Positions 63,771 to 64,000 of a DNA stretch of 64,000 nt are shown here, piece after piece. Each line of letters starts with the position of its first letter. Position 1 is the first letter of the stretch. The notes beneath the pieces were generated by a model. It did not search any database and was not told the DNA's origin. It was given only the letters and a program-made list of their open reading frames with translations. Source of the DNA: Zygnema circumcarinatum SAG 698-1b (Eukaryota > Plantae > Zygnematophyceae). The stretch lies in the NCBI GenBank assembly GCA_037447605.1, contig CM074809.1, positions 2,408,689 through 2,472,688 on the forward strand, read 5' to 3'. Position numbers and translations under genes: made by a program.

Positions 63771-64000
63771 GCTGGACAGATTCACCAAAGGCATGGAAAC
63801 ATGAGGATTTTATTTCTGCTATACTTTTGTTTCACAAACATGTAGTTCTTCATGGGGGAGGCTGGCCATTAGGTTATTCATGTGGTGATGAGTCCATCTT
63901 CTCAAGAGCCGAGGTAGAATTGCTGCCTTTGGCGTCACAGTCACGGCTCCCTTCCCTTCTCCTTCAAATAACGAATCAGGGTTTCCTATCCTAATACTGC

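Overview
This is eukaryotic nuclear DNA, not prokaryotic. Genes are split by short GT-AG introns, promoters and 5' ends are GC-rich, microsatellites are common, and there are two 10-N assembly gaps. The gene set is green-plant type (PBS1/PBL receptor-like cytoplasmic kinase, plant LRR consensus, augmin AUG6, atypical A1 aspartic protease). The compact, intron-rich layout suggests a streptophyte alga (Zygnematophyceae-like); that placement is inference. About 12-13 genes were reconstructed by manual splicing: two intronless paralogous secreted CxxC/QV-rich proteins with a possible small antisense gene between them, a Rieske [2Fe-2S] protein, 3-ketodihydrosphingosine reductase (TSC10), AUG6, NIPSNAP, a Pro-rich aspartic protease, a secreted protein with saposin-like domains and a huge His/Glu-rich tail, a 2OG-Fe(II) dioxygenase, a kinase-less LRR+EGF protein, a GDPD, a PBL27/PBS1-like kinase, and the 5' part of an unidentified gene. 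Non-autonomous DNA transposons are also present: Tc1/mariner-like MITEs, a long-TIR element with an 8-bp TSD and a nested hAT-like MITE, and a 2.7-kb member of that same hAT-like family. Most ORFs in the six-frame track are spurious or single exons. No rRNA, tRNA or CRISPR array was seen. Exon boundaries are hand-derived and unverified by RNA data.
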